64,000 bases of DNA from Haliotis rubra (GCF_003918875.1 NW_025767587.1:186001-250000); one strand, 5' to 3'; counted from the first letter of the stretch, positions 26,224 to 40,516 are shown. Program-made: numbers and translations. Notes: generated from the letters alone by a model not told the origin.

Positions 26224-26665
26224 GCTTGTCTCACTTCATAGCAAAAACAAGATAATCTCACAATACACAACAGCTGGTCAGACGCTATCTTTAGTCCAGG
26301 GTGTATCTGCTTTAGATTACAGGTTCATATTCACACAGAAAGTAGTTAAAATATTATTTGGAAAATATATACTCATGCCGATAATGGTTGTCACCCCCTT
26401 CAAATTTTTTTATTGGAGAAGGGGGGTAGGGGGGAGGGGGGGAACAACCATTATTGGCACGAGTATAGTATTTAAGAACAGGTTATTTGGTGTAAAAGAA
26501 CATGCCACGTTTAGTTATTCGCAAACACCTGTTAAGATAGACTAACGCTTAGTCTCTGAAGATTTTAATAGCAACTTTAAGACAATTTTAATAGAAACAA
26601 ACTCCTCTTGAACTGAGAAAGAAACACATGTGAGCATGGTTAGAGGGTTAGTTGAGACGCAAATT

Positions 26666-27218
26666 TATAGTGCGTTTGGCTCAAAAGCGGACCGATGAAT
26701 TGCAATTTAATTCGAAGACTAGTAAACATATAATAATCAATGAAACGCTGATCATAATCAAAACATCAGACCAACTCTGTGATATGTTTGCAGAATTTAT
26801 GTCCTAAAATTAAAAATGTTGTTTAACAAACAGTCATTAAAATATTGACACGGTTCACTATTTGTTACGAGAGAGGAGTGCAGAGAAAGGGACAGCCAGG
26901 TGTTAGAGAAGCACGTGCACAAGTGCAGACAAAGTTATTGATTCATTAACCTGTGCTGTGCCGTCTCCATCCTTTCTCGCACACCTGGCTGTCCCTTTCT
27001 CTGCACTCCTCCCTCGTAACAAATAGTGAACTCAGTCAAGATTTTAATGATAGTTTGTTAAACAACTTTTTTATTTTTAGGACATAAATTCTGCAAAAAC
27101 CTCACAGAGTTGGTCTGAAGTTTTGATTATGATCATTGTTTCATGGAGTATTTTATGTTTATTATTTTTCGAGTTAGATTGCAATTCATCGGTCCGCTTT
27201 TGAGCCAAACGGACTATA
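26666..27218. mobile_element. Foldback MITE with ~245-bp inverted arms
   Basis: TATAGTGCGTTTGGCTCAAAAGCGGACCGATGAATTGC is mirrored at 27181-27218; the arms extend to ~26910/26975. Confidence 0.85.
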
Positions 27219-27555
27219 GACTTGCATATTCCATGTTGCATCGGAGATAGGGAAAGTAACATAGTTCAGGTATGTGGGTCAGATCTATGTCAGATGTACA
27301 GACTTATATGGAGGCTTGTATACACAGGTACAGAACGCTCACTAACATTTTCCAGTTGCGTATCTACATGTGATTCGGTTCTTTGTGCCGAAAGGTCACT
27401 GATTGAAATAAGAGGATACATATATCGAAATATTGTTATCGAACTAATATTTGCATACATAAAACATTCAGCAGTTTGTGAATTTGGATAATACATGTCA
27501 CAAGATATTCGAAGGGTAAATGGATACATTTAATTACATTTATGACGACCACGCT

Positions 27556-27797
27556 TATAACGAACTGACGGATATAACGAACTGACGGATATAACGAACT
27601 GAACGAACTGACGGATATAACGAACTGACGGATATAACGAACTGACGGGTATAACGAACTGACGGATATAACGAACTGACGGATATAACGAACTGACGGA
27701 TATAACGAACTGACGGATATAACGAACTGACGGATATAACGAACTGACGGATATATCGAACTGACGGATATAACGAACTGACGGATATAACGAACTG
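27556..27797. repeat. 17-bp minisatellite GATATAACGAACTGACG
   Basis: ~14 units, directly visible. Confidence 0.95.
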
Positions 27798-28434
27798 TTT
27801 ATATGTCCAACCACTTGCTGAATACATTAGTCGAAATGTGGTTATGAAGAACTAAAACTATAATGTAGTTCGTTATAACCGTATTTTGCTGAAAGGAATA
27901 TGAACATATCAGAGAGTGAAGTCAGTATCATATACTTCTTGAGAACTGATTTCCGTTCCCTCCGTTTCAAATTTCACTTTACATTTAAACATTTATCACT
28001 GATACTTACACACGGTAGATAAGGATTTAACTGACTTGAAGTATTGTTTACCTGATGCTGGGATTTACGTTGTACGTCGACTACTGGATTCCAAGATCGT
28101 GAACTGAAATCCTGAAAATCAATATTTTTTTCTCCAAACTAAACAATGTGGTATTTTACGTCCTGTGTGAAGTTCACGTAAAATAACATCAGCTTCATCT
28201 CGAGCTGCTTCCGAAATGTCAGGTATAGAAATGTGATACAAAAGTCTTGTTATTCACAAGCCCGGTCGATATTTGTGTTGTCTACCCAGAAGTGACTGGC
28301 GGCGCACCCAATACTAGCTGATGGACCACATAACCGCGGGTAGTGACAGTATTTTGACTATTTCGTCGGGATAATGGGAAAGAAGTGTTCATTTGGGAAA
28401 GTCTTCCGACCGTATCCCCCATTAAATTTCATTC

Positions 28435-29852
28435 TACTGAGTCAAGAAAGAAACTTCAATAATGAATAATTTTTCTCTGATGATACATCTATGTATCCGA
28501 AATGGGATCCCTATCTTTCGACTCTAGAAAAACGTTAGCAAAACCCACTCAAACCCATCCATTTGTCGTGCAAATGACGTTAGCGCCAAATCAGGTTTTG
28601 CACGTGCAGTCGATCACGTCGATCTTCGCATCGAAGTTTTCTTCATATGCACGTGTTTGCATTGGCCTCAAGAATTGAAAAAAACACTTTTAAACCACAG
28701 TTCAAACGGTACTTGAAATGCCACGATTGTCAAATGTGCAACGTGAACGTGCCGTTGGCATGTTGCAAGCTGGAAGATCAGTTATTGACGTCGCAAGAGC
28801 AATGGGATGCGGCCGTCGTACTGTGTATGACTTGCGAGGTCGTCTACAACAAACTGGCACCACTTCTGATAGCCCAAGGTCGGGTCGTCCACGTGTGACG
28901 TCACGAGCGGAAGACCGTCAAATCGTGCTACGTCACCTACGTGACAGATTTCTGCCGGTTACACGAACCAGGGCTGAGATGTTTAGAGGTCGACTGTCCT
29001 CACAGACCATTCGAAATCGGTTGCGGGCTGCCAATCTCCATTCTCGACGTCCATGTCGTGGGCCAATATTGACGCCGTTTCATCAACGTAAACGTCTGCT
29101 GTGGGCCCAACGTCACCTCCGATGGACCCAGAGAGACTGGAATCGAGTTGTCTTTAGCGATGAATCCAGGTTTACCCTCAGATTCGCGGACGGCAGGCAT
29201 AGAGCCTGTAGACGACGTCGTGAACGGTATGCCCAATGTTGTGTACAGGAAGTCGACAGATTCGGGGGCGGAAGTTGCATGGTGTGGGGTGCTTTCTGTG
29301 GGAACAACCGTTCCCGACTTCTGGTCATCCGTGGAAACCTCACAGCTGCTGCTTACCGCGACCAGGTGCTCACCCCTGAACTGATTGCGGCTCATGGTGT
29401 CTAAAGTTCCAGCATGATAATGCTGGCCGCATACCGCGATGTTGACACGAAATTTTCTTCAAAACGCTGGAATCAACGTCATGGACTGGCCATCGAGGTC
29501 CCCTGATATTGAACTGAGAAACTTCGCAACCTTTAATTCTTGTGACTTGACATTCTGCAGAATCCCCAACCACGTGTTCACAAGCATCAGGCAGTCGATG
29601 AGGAGACGGCTGTGGTGAATGAGTAGCCTAATGATATTGAACTGATTATTTTTATTCTTGGCTTGACATTCTGTATACCCATGTTTTGGAACGGCTGTGT
29701 ACCCTAATCGAAATGATTATGGCACTGTCAGTGTATCGAGTACATCACACAGATCTCAGCAATGAAATAATAACAATTTAACCATCTTACCATCTCTTGT
29801 TCTTTTACAGTGCCCTGAAGACAGAATGTGAAGTTTCTTTTTTGACTCAGTA
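28435..29852 (+). mobile_element. Tc1/mariner DNA transposon, defective
   Basis: TIRs TACTGAGTCAAGAAAGAAACTTCA / TGAAGTTTCTTTTTTGACTCAGTA enclose a transposase ORF. Confidence 0.9.
28718..29510 (+). pseudogene. Tc1-like transposase, truncated
   Basis: HTH start MPRLSNVQRERAVGML, GRPR and VFSDESRF motifs; stop at 29404, then out-of-frame FQHDNA and WPSRSPD; C-terminus missing. Confidence 0.88.
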
Positions 29853-29926
29853 TATGTGGGTTACAAATTTGACATGCACTTGGGTTCTGCCATTAATGAC
29901 ACTACCCGCAACACATGCGCCGCTGC

Positions 29927-30318
29927 ATACTTGTCCTGAAGATGACATGATACTTGTCCTGAAGATTACATGATACTTGTCCTGAAGATTACATGATACT
30001 ATACTTGTCCTGAAGATGGCATCATACTTGTCCTGAAGATGGCATCATACTTGTCCTGAAGATGGCATCATACTTGTCCTGAAGATGGCATCATACTTGT
30101 CCTGAAGATGGCATCATACTTGTCCTGAAGATTACATGATACTTGTCCTGAAGATGGCATCATACTTGTCCTGAAGATGGCATCATACTTGTCTTGAAGA
30201 TGACATCATACTTGTCTGCAAGATGACATCATCATATTTGTCCTGAAGATGACATCATACTTGTCTGCAAGATGACATTATACTTGTCCTGAAGATGACA
30301 TCATACTTAGCATGAAGA
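29927..30318. repeat. 23-bp minisatellite ATACTTGTCCTGAAGATGGCATC
   Basis: ~17 units, directly visible. Confidence 0.95.
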
Positions 30319-32205
30319 TCAACACCGTATGCTTCAAATCCCCCTCAGGATCTTTCGCCTGCAGTACGAGCCGTCAAAAAGGGGGTCGGGTGGCCAAGTT
30401 TGATGACGTTGCTGAAGATCTTTGCTCATGATTTCAGTCACTGGTCCAAACGTTGGGTATGATAATATTTACGCTCCAGACACAAGTGTTAAATAGTCAG
30501 ATTATACGATATAATAGTTCACTGATTCATGAATTGACACACGAGTAAATAAATTATGTTTAAGCCGCATCAACACTATTGCAGCTTCTCGCGGTTTCGA
30601 CACACATGAACTGGATATGAGGTTGAGGCCCCGATTTCTCGAATCAGTTTCTCTTTTTTACACAAATTTCAAATTGACTTTGACAATTTGAAACAGCTGA
30701 ATTTTAAACTCAAATGAATTTTTTAAATGAAAGAGCCCAAACAACTAAGTAATCTATCCACCAAACTCAAACCGTCTACTATGTTTGAGTTTATTATCGA
30801 TTTTAGTTCATTCTGGGAAATGCATTTTCTCAAATTTGAGTCAAAACTCAGACTTAAGATTGTTTCAAGAAATCGGGGGCAGATTCAGTAAGATTCATTT
30901 GCTAGGCTCACATTGCAATTAAACAACCCTGTAGTCCTATCCACACCATTCATTCGGAGTTTATACTAGAATACGACGATAGATTGTATAGGTGATTCCA
31001 ACATCTTGTCCAATCCATCTTCAACCAACTACATAACAAACGTACTTGTACAAACCCCCTGCCCCATGTATGTAGGTATGCGATACCAAAGAAGCGTCGT
31101 GTCTCATGCTCTACATGTTGTTTGTACGGTTGTTCGCTTGTTTGTTGTTTAACGCCGAACTCAGCAATATTCCAGCTATATGACAGCGGTTTGTAAATAA
31201 TCGAGTCTGAACCAGACATTCCAGTGATCAAAAGCATGAGCATTAATACTCGCAATAAGGATACGATAACATGTGTCAACCAAGTCAGCGAGCCTGACCT
31301 CCTGAACCCGTTAGTCGCCTCTTACGACAAGCATGGGTTGCTGAAGACCAATTCTAACCCGCATCTTCAAGGGTGGAGTATTTTGAGCATTTCGTCGGGA
31401 TAATGGGACGAATGTGGTTACTGAAGATCAATATTCTAACCCGGATCTTCACGAGTCGCTCGATATGTAAATGAACTGGTACCATTAACATATTCTATGT
31501 ATAATCCAAAATATTTACTTTTTGTTTCTTTTTACTGATTATTCTTGATATCCTAATTAATGAATTCCCCTTATACTTTAATTCTTCAAATCAGTGGGGG
31601 AACCTGTGGATGTGATTTAAATGCAACCTACAAGTCTGGAGAGTGAGTTTGGTTCAACTTGTTTGGTTAGTATTTCAGCCACGTCGCAGTGTGTCAGCTC
31701 AGAGAGGTCAAGGGCGTTTCAATCTTTGGTGAGGACATAGGAAACGGGGATGGTCTAATACCCTCAGATGCATCTTGCTTATTTAGCAGCTGTTGCGTGA
31801 AAACTGAAAACTGAAGCCAGCCGGGCGTGTATATTCAAATAGACATAGTTCATTCGTTCGTCCGTTCGTCCGTTCGTAAGTAAGTGAGTGAGTTGGCCTT
31901 TTTCTGGCGTTCGCATTATCTTGGCCGTCAAGACAAAGGTAATATTGATGACATGGTGAACTGAACACAAGGTGTCGTCTTGCTAAGCCATCGCTTTCCG
32001 CATAAAGCCACTTATTGTCACTTTAAAGTGACCGCACACCTTGCAGTACAGATCTTCAGATTGAGCTATTTGTGGGGAATGTACACAAGCAGAAATGAGA
32101 TTCATTGCCAAAATCGTTCACCCAAACAATCAATATGGACGACCGATAGAAATCAGCTTTAATGTGTCAACCAACTGGACAAGAAGAAAACCTCTGTGGC
32201 ACCAC

Positions 32206-32356
32206 TTAGGAGCTGGGGGTCAGGTCGTAGACGGAGTGCCTGAAGCACTCGGCGACGGCGCGGATGTCGTGGTATTCGGTGCGGAGCTCGCTGAGGCTGC
32301 TCTTGCTCTCGCCAGTGTGGGCTTTGATCTGCTGGTAGATATCGTCCTGGAAAAAG

Positions 32357-32394
<38 letters not shown>

Positions 32395-34529
32395 CCACCG
32401 CCTACTTGAATATCATCGATCAAAATTATCATCAGCTTGACTATCTTGTCAAAAACATTCCTCATTTAGTTACTCCCTGAAAACGTAATAGGTTAGATTT
32501 CACCACAACCTTAATTCGTCATCTTAGAATGATCCTAAAATTCTAAAGATCTTTCAAAAAGATCTTTATGTCATTCGATCGTCTTACTACCTTGTTAAAT
32601 CTTCTTTGGCACTTAATCGAAATTGATTAAATCCGTGAATCCCGGCTCGATTCCCCATATGATTACAATATGTGAAGCCTATTTCTGAGTATTTTGAATA
32701 TTGCTAAAACGGTGTAAAATCTAACCCACTTACGTTTTATGCTGAATACATACCTCGTATTTGTCCCTGCTGTCCATGCTATCCAGGAGCTTCTCGATGT
32801 CGTCGTCAACATGTATCAGATAACAGGCGTTAGAAGTACTCACCAGGAGCAGATCCTGACAGAAACAGACCTCTTGGTACAATTTCAGAACGTCTTCATC
32901 ATACCGAATTAATATACAACAAGAAAACACCTAAGTCGGATTCACCTGTGAATATCTGTGTTAGAATTGGTCTTCAGCAACTGATGCTTGTCGTAGAAGG
33001 CGACTGAAGGGATCTGGTGGTCAGGCTCGCTGACCTGGTTGACACATGTCATCGTATCCCAATTGCATAGATGCTCATGATGCTCAATTATTTACCAACC
33101 GCCGTCTGAACTATTGCTCAGTGAGGCGTTACACAAAAAGACCCCAAAGGCTTAAGCAATCAAGCGGGAGTCCTTCTTTGCATTCTAAACAGCCATCCTA
33201 AACGGAGCTCGCTCTTAGGAACGGAGCCATGGGTGACACAGCAGAACAAAAAAGGGCAGTTAACTTTCCAAATACGAAGTTCAGCTGCCAGCTTCGAAAA
33301 TCTAGGCGCCAGGTTAGAATATGGTCTTCAGCAACCCATGCTTGTAAGAGGCGACTGACAGGATCTCCGACTTGGTTGACACATGTCATCGTACTCAGGT
33401 GGTGGTGGTGGAATTGGGTTTAACGTCGTGCTTGAGAATATTTCGCTGATATGACGACGTGCATGCGTTTGTGTGTGTGTGTGCGGCTGCTTGTACTAGC
33501 CCAGACTTAAGCTGGTTTTATAGTGCTAGCCCACTGGGATACCATGCCGCAGTGAAACATGAATACCCCACTCAGACACATTATACTGACTCCGAGCCAA
33601 CCAGTCCTTGTTGTACCCATTAATGCCGAGCGCCAGGCAGGGACCAAGTACTCAGGATGGGAATATTGCTGAATGTGGCGTTAACAACACCCGAATGATT
33701 CTGACTGTAACAGGATATACATTAAACGTTGTGAAGCAGTCGCGGGCCCTCACGGTTTACTTCTCTGAGGTTCACCGGGATATCTAATGAAAGCAACACT
33801 TCAGGTTCCCAATGACTTATGATATCTGGGTCATTCCATACCCAGATGAGGTATTGTCTCGTACTTACATGGGTCTTGTGGTACTCAAAGTCTATGCCAT
33901 GAATTCTGTCACTGTTCCAGCCAAGAATGTTATCCACTGGTATGAACTGGGCCTGGAAGAGTGAGTGAGTGGATATGATTGACCTTCTGTGTTTCATTCA
34001 TGTCAACTGTTGCCATTACAACGTAGGAATGAATGTAGTGTTTTGTTTTAAAATCTATGTTGCAACAACGAATCCAAATATTTTTAAACTCCTCTCCTTT
34101 CTTCAAAAAAGAAGAAAAAGGATGTCAAATGATCAGCTTTTCTACAATTGAGGTATGCTGCATTTGTACAATGTCTCATCTTAAGCGACAGAGCGAGTAC
34201 TACTTTTTGTCGGCTTGTCGAAGAGAAATATTTCACTTATAAATGAACAAGTGGACGTCCAGGTCCTGGTCAGTGACGTCACACACTCACAGCAGCAAGG
34301 GCACAGAGCCCCAGGATGATATAAAAAATCAAAAATCTTTATTTCTGATACTATGAGGCCACGGGCCTATGGTACAAAACACCTCATCGAGACTTGAAAT
34401 AAAATGTTAAAATGAAAGCATGTATAATATATACAATCTTAATATGACAAAATTGATTTCCTTTTTCCGACGCATAAAACAGATATTTAGCAGTATTCAA
34501 GGAAATGTCAGGATGATATAAACCCTCAT
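32206..34529 (-). pseudogene. BL3: BRICHOS-like paralogue disrupted in exon 1
   Basis: Exon 1 (MRVYIIL/GLCALAA; 34529-34509 and 34325-34291) is split by an insertion, giving MRVYIILTFP*. Exons 33952-33869 (AQFIPVDNILGWNSDRIHGIDFEYHKTH), 32855-32754 (DLLLVSTSNACYLIHVDDDIEKLLDSMDSRDKYE) and 32346-32206 (DDIYQQIKAHTGESKSSLSELRTEYHDIRAVAECFRHSVYDLTPSS*) are intact. Confidence 0.82.
34326..34508 (-). mobile_element. 5'-truncated non-LTR retroelement 3' end with 14-bp TSD
   Basis: CAGGATGATATAAA is duplicated at 34312-34325 and 34509-34522. The minus strand ends AATAAA-GATTTTTGATTT. The insert is absent from paralogue BL4. Confidence 0.8.
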
Positions 34530-35493
34530 GATTAAGTTTTTCGACGACAAGGTACAGCTAAATGACCAATACGTGTTTAAATATATTTTAAAAAGGGATT
34601 GGCAGGTTTTACCTATAGAGCAGGTGGTGCTAGAGGAGCGCCGTTTTGTCACGATCACGTTATCAGAATGATTACATTTCTTGCAGGAATGTGCAGAGCT
34701 CCAGATAAGGTTTAGCACATGTGGGTACTGTACCCACTGTATTTTTTTTGGAGTGGGTATTATGAATGTTGAGTGGGTATTTCATTTTCCGTTACCCACT
34801 GCTTTCAAATATGTGCGTATTTCAGTCATTTTACTCACCTAAGTATTACGTCATTGAGTAAGTTTACTAAGCAGGTATGTTCTGCCTTATGTCATACCGA
34901 TTCAAAACCAACTTAAATATAATGGAAATGATTTCATAAAAAATCACTGATCCTAAACTGACAGTACAACACTACTCCTATACTAACTGTACAACTTGAT
35001 AGTAATCGATGTCTTTCTCATTACGCAAGCGATTTTTATAAATATATTCCGTACGCATTTGTTTAAACTTTTTGCGTATCTAACATTTTAAATGCGTAAC
35101 TGGTACGCAACAATTATTTTTCATGCATAATTGGCAATTTTCTATGCGTATTTTACCCGGATACGCAGCTTATCTGGGCCTTTGAACGTGTGTCATAATT
35201 TATGGACAGGGTTCGTCGCTTCTATGTGTGAGATGCTTATTTGTCTTATATATTGTGGAGTACCATAGTAATATGACGGCTACCAAATTGCGAACCTGGT
35301 CCGGTGGTTGATGTCATGATCTACGATCTTTACCGTTAATGTATGACGTCATGATCTACGATCTTTACCGTTAATGTATGATGACATGGAGTCATCCACG
35401 TCATCAACACGATTAAATAAGTCGCCATTTAGGACCATTGGGGCCAGCAAACAAACTCAAATGTATGGTACAATAACGTGGTGACACATGGTC

Positions 35494-35850
35494 ATTCTTC
35501 ATGGGACATCATACTTGGCCGCATCAGACACGTGCCGTTGGTGATTTTCTTGCCTGAACGCAACTTCTTCACATCGTTCTTGGCAGACGTCCGTTGGTGA
35601 TTTCTTGCCTGAAGCAACTCTACCTTGGCCCGTCAGAAGTCCGGTTCTCAATCCCAGAGAGCATGTTTGGGACATTATGGGTCTCAGTATACGCCATAGA
35701 GATCTTCCAGACGCCAATCTTGATGTACTGGAACAAACCCTCAAACACGAATAGAACGCAATACCTCAACGTCCACATCAATATCTGATACAGTCAATGA
35801 AGAGGAGAGTCAGGGATGTTTTTGCAGCTGGTGGTGGTTAAACGAGATTT
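35494..35850 (+). mobile_element. Degenerate Tc1 transposase C-terminal fragment
   Basis: Encodes PWPVRSPVLNPREHVWD, a decayed WPxxSPDLNPIEHxWD motif. Confidence 0.6.
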
Positions 35851-36495
35851 CGCATTGGGCACGGTCATTGATACTTATGTGATGAAGAATGTCTGCCAGA
35901 ATCTTGATAATGACCGAGCTTGTTAACGTCAAACGACCACTGTTATAAGCAGTACAAAATGAGTCAATTTTGGCCATGTTTGCTTGTGTGATTTGCCGCT
36001 TAAATATTCCCTCGGCTCCATGCATCTATATAGTAAGTTAAATTGAGGTTTGAATAAGTTCTTTTGCTGTGGTTAAAGGTAGCATAGTGATACTATGAAG
36101 AATAGGGAGGGGGGGGGGGGGTGCGATACGTTTGTTCATGTGTCGATATAACAGATTCCTTGTTTGTAACATACCATGTCTCGACGTGTTTGAACATTAT
36201 CACCTGCTGAACGCTGGGAAACGTCGATAACATCACTTCTCAGTTACTCCGTTCCATTGCAGTGTCCCAAAGAGACACGTACCCTTCTAGCCGACCTCCT
36301 GTTGAAGCAATTTTACTATCATGTTTTCGTTCATGCAGATTGTTGAGGGAAATGAATCACTTTGCAATGAAATGATACATAAGCCATACGAGACATGCTG
36401 AACGTTGTGTTAAAGTCTTTCATTAAGTGATCATCCACTTATTCGTTTTCAATATAAAAATGACAAATTTAGACATCCACAGTACTAGTACCTGG

Positions 36496-36745
36496 TTTGT
36501 TGTTTGTTAAGTTTGTTTGTTTGACCTATATGTTGTTGTTGTTTGTTAAGTTTGTTTGTTTGACCTATATGTTGTTGTTGTTTGTTAAGTTTGTTTGTTT
36601 GACCTATATGTTGTTGTTGTTTGTTAAGTTTGTTTGTTTGACCTATATGTTGTTGTTGTTTGTTAAGTTTGTTTGTTTGACCTATATGTTGTTGTTGTTT
36701 GTTTAGTTTGTTTGTTTGACCTATATGTTATTGTTGTTGTTGTTG
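36496..36745. repeat. 39-bp GT-rich minisatellite
   Basis: ~6 units, directly visible. Confidence 0.9.
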
Positions 36746-36896
36746 TTCTTTGTTGTTTTCAGTCTAAACAAATCCATGCAAGTTTAGCATTTAAACCTTT
36801 TAGGCTTCAAAACGCGTTTAAATTACCTGACAAGGATTAAACACTTTTAATAGAGTTGTTACCAAGTTGACATCTTCCAGGGAAAGGAAATGCCTG

Positions 36897-38206
36897 NNNN
36901 NNNNNNNNNNNNNNNNNNNNNNNNNNNNNNNNNNNNNNNNNNNNNNNNNNNNNNNNNNNNNNNNNNNNNNNNNNNNNNNNNNNNNNNNNNNNNNNNNNNN
37001 NNNNNNNNNNNNNNNNNNNNNNNNNNNNNNNNNNNNCTGCTTCATATTAGCTGCGATAAAGATCGGTTAATGATGTAATAAGAACTCACAATTATGAATT
37101 ACCAAATGGTACACTGCCTTGGAAACCAGCGTAAGTTGATGCAGTAGACATTTGTTTTTGGTGAATAAGACCAGTTATACAGCCAGGTTTTCACTTATTT
37201 CATGGGAAAGTTAGTTCTTCAATGCTGTTGATTGAAACATACTCATATGAAACCTTTCCTTGCTCATACTCCAACTGTACACACTCATTAGATTATATAA
37301 GAAAAGGTTCCAAATATAACATCCATGGACATAAACGTTTTGGAGAGTTTTGTTGTTTTTTCAGGTGTTAACATTATCTTGGCCGTCAAGAGGTTCACAA
37401 AAGGTATATTCATGACATGGTGAACTGAACATAAGGTGTCATCTTGCTAAGCCATCGCTTTCCGCATAAAGCCACTTCGTGTCACTTTAAAGTGACCGCA
37501 CACCTTGCAGTACAGATCTTCAGATTGAGCTATTTGTTGGGAATCTATAAAAGCAGAAATGAGATTCATTGCCAAAATCGTTCACCCAAACAATCAATAT
37601 GGACGACCGATAGAAATCAGCTTTAATGTGTCAACCAACTGGACAAGAAGAAAACCTCTGTGGCACCACTTAGGAGCTGGAGCTGGAGCTGGGGGTCAGG
37701 TCGTAGACGGAGTGCCTGAAGCACTCGGCGACGGAGCGGATGTCGTGGTATTTGGTGCGGAGCTCGCTGAGGCTGCTCTTGCTCTCGCCAGTGTGGGCTT
37801 GGATCTGCTGGTAGATCTGGTNNNNNNNNNNNNNNNNNNNNNNNNNNNNNNNNNNNNNNNNNNNNNNNNNNNNNNNNNNNNNNNNNNNNNNNNNNNNNNN
37901 NNNNNNNNNNNNNNNNNNNNNNNNNNNNNNNNNNNNNNNNNNNNNNNNNNNNNNNNNNNNNNNNNNNNNNNNNNNNNNNNNNNNNNNNNNNNNNNNNNNN
38001 NNNNNNNNNNNNNNNNNNNNNNNNNNNNNNNNNNNNNNNNNNNNNNNNNNNNNNNNNNNNNNNNNNNNNNNNNNNNNNNNNNNNNNNNNNNNNNNNNNNN
38101 NNNNNNNNNNNNNNNNNNNNNNNNNNNNNNNNNNNNNNNNNNNNNNNNNNNNNNNNNNNNNNNNNNNNNNNNNNNNNNNNNNNNNNNNNNNNNNNNNNNN
38201 NNNNNN
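36897..38206. other. Two assembly gaps (36897-37036, 37822-38206)
   Basis: N runs. Confidence 1.
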
Positions 38207-40516
38207 ATCAAAATTATCATCAACTTGACTATCTCGTCAAAAACATTCCTTATTTAGTTATTCTCTGGAAACATAAACTTTCATTTCACCACAACCTTAA
38301 TTCGTCATCTTACAATGATCCTTTCAGAAAGATCTAATCGAAATTGATTAATCACGTGAATCCCGGGTTTGATTCCCAATATGATTACAACATGTGAAGC
38401 CTATTCCTACTTGAGCATTGCTAAAACGGTGTAAAATCTAACCTTCTTACGTTTTGCATTTAATACATACCTCGTATTTTTCCCTGCTGTCCTTGCTATC
38501 CAGGAGCTTCTCGATGTCGTTGTCAACATGTATCAGATAACAGGCGTTAGAACTCCTCACCAGGAGCAGATCCTGACAGAAACAGACCTCTTGGTACAAT
38601 TTCAGAACGTCTTCATCATACCGACTTAACATACAACAAGAAAACACTCAAGCCGGATTAACCCGTGAACATCAGGGTTAGAATTGGTATTCAACAACAC
38701 AAAAGGCTACTAACAGGATCGGGTGGTCAGGCTCGCTGACTTGGTTGACACATGTCATCGTATCCCAATTGCATAGATCGATGATCATGATGTTGATCAC
38801 TGGATTGTGTGGTCCAGACTCGATTATTTACAGACCACCGCCATATAGCTGGACTATTGCTGAGTGCGGCGTTAAGCAAAACACAAAGGCTTAAGCAATC
38901 AAGTCAGGTTCTTTCTTAGCATCCTAAACAGTCAAGACTCAAAAAGCTCGCTCTTATTAACAGAGCCATGGGGGTGGTGGGGTAGCCTAGTGGTTAAAGC
39001 GTTGGCTCGTCACGCCGAAGACCCGGGTTCGATTCCCCACATGGGCACAATGTGTTAAGCCCATTTCTGGTGCCCCCGCCGTGATATTGCTGGAATATTG
39101 CTAAAAGCGGCGTAAAACTAAACTCAGTCAGTCAGTATTAACAGAGCCATGAGTGACAAGGGAGAACAAGGGAGCAATTGAATTCCCAAAAAGTAAACCC
39201 TAAAAATTTCAGCTGCAAATTGTAACATTTGAAAGAAAAACTAGAAGAGACTATCCATGGTCCGTTCAAGTACTACTATACAGTTTTGACCTTTTAGAGG
39301 AATTCCATAAATTTCGTATCTACATTTTTCTTTCTTTGCATCCTTAACAGCCATCCTAAACAGAGCTCGTTCTTAGGAACAGAGCCATGAGTGACACAGA
39401 AGAACAAAAAGGGCAGTTAACTTTCCAAATACGAATCCCTAAAACGTTCAGTTGCCAATAGTAACATTTAAAAGAAACACCAGTTGAAACTATTCATGGT
39501 CCGTTCAAGTACTGCAATACAGTTTTGACCTTTTACAGCAAATTCCATACATTTCGTATCTACATTTTTCAAATTTTTAATCCAGATCTTTGTCATATCC
39601 TTTAAAGCGAAACCTAGAATAAATGTTCCCAGTTTGAAACTACTACCGCTAAGGTCGAGGAAGCTGTTTTCTGATTGATATCGACTTCCTGCCAAAGTTG
39701 GCTAAAGCTCATTCTGACTATGCCCCTGAAGACCCGGGTTAGAATTGGCCTTAAGCAACCCATGCTTGTCAGAGTCGACTTACAGGATCGCTGACTTGGT
39801 TGACACCTGTCATCGTATTCAGAATTAAACAACACCCAAATCATTCTGACTGTAACAGGATGTACAAAAAGCGTTGTGTGGCAGTCGCGAGCACTCACAG
39901 TTTACTTTTCTGAGGTTCACCGGGATGTCTAATGAAATCAACACCCGAATGAGGTATTGTCTCGTACTTACATGGGTCTTGTGGAACTCAAAGCTCCAGC
40001 CATGAATTCTGTCACTGTTCCAGCCAAGGATGTTGTTGATGATGTCCACTGGTTTGAACTGGGCCTGGAAGAGTAAGTGAGTTGGGATTAACCCTCTTCA
40101 TTCATGTCAACTGTTGCCATCACAACTGTTGCCATCACAACTGTTGCCATCACAACTGTTGCCATCACAGCTGTTGCCATCGCAACTGTTGCCATCACAA
40201 CTGTTGCCATCACAACTGTTGCCATCACCAAGTCTATACTGCAACAAAGAATTAAAACAATTTTAAACTCCTCTCCTTTCTACCCCGCCACAAAAAGAAA
40301 AAGAAAAAGGATGTCACATGATCAGCTTATCTCCACTTGAAGTATCCTTGTACAATGTCTCATCTTAAGCGACAGAGCGAGTACTACTTTTTGTCGGCTT
40401 GTCGAAGAGCAATATTTTACTTATAAATTAACAAATGGACACCCAGTTCCTGGTCAATGACGTCACACACTCACAGCAGCAAGGGCGCAGAGCCCCAGGA
40501 TGATATAAACCTGCAT
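37670..40516 (-). CDS. BL4: secreted BRICHOS-like small protein, ~129 aa
   Basis: Exons: 40516-40475 MQVYIILGLCALAA; 40064-39972 AQFKPVDIINNILGWNSDRIHGWSFEFHKTH; 38572-38471 DLLLVRSSNACYLIHVDNDIEKLLDSKDSREKYE; ~37822-37670 [D]QIYQQIQAHTGESKSSLSELRTKYHDIRSVAECFRHSVYDLTPSSSSSS*. The exon 4 acceptor lies in the N-gap. Confidence 0.82.
38971..39135 (+). mobile_element. SINE family 1 copy in BL4 intron 2
   Basis: Flanked by TSD TATTAACAGAGCCATG; not present in BL3 intron 2. Confidence 0.9.
40108..40228. repeat. 15-bp minisatellite CAACTGTTGCCATCA in BL4 intron 1
   Basis: 8 units; only one unit at the equivalent BL3 position (~34004). Confidence 0.95.

Noticed and set aside
28052-28111. 60-bp AG..GT bounded exon-like segment on the minus strand
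   Set aside because: No homology to the family and no partner coding exon; at most an unsupported 5' UTR exon of BL2
32159-32465. Poly-Met, poly-Asp and poly-Ser ORFs
   Set aside because: Translation of an intronic (CAT)n microsatellite plus off-frame reading of BL3 exon 4
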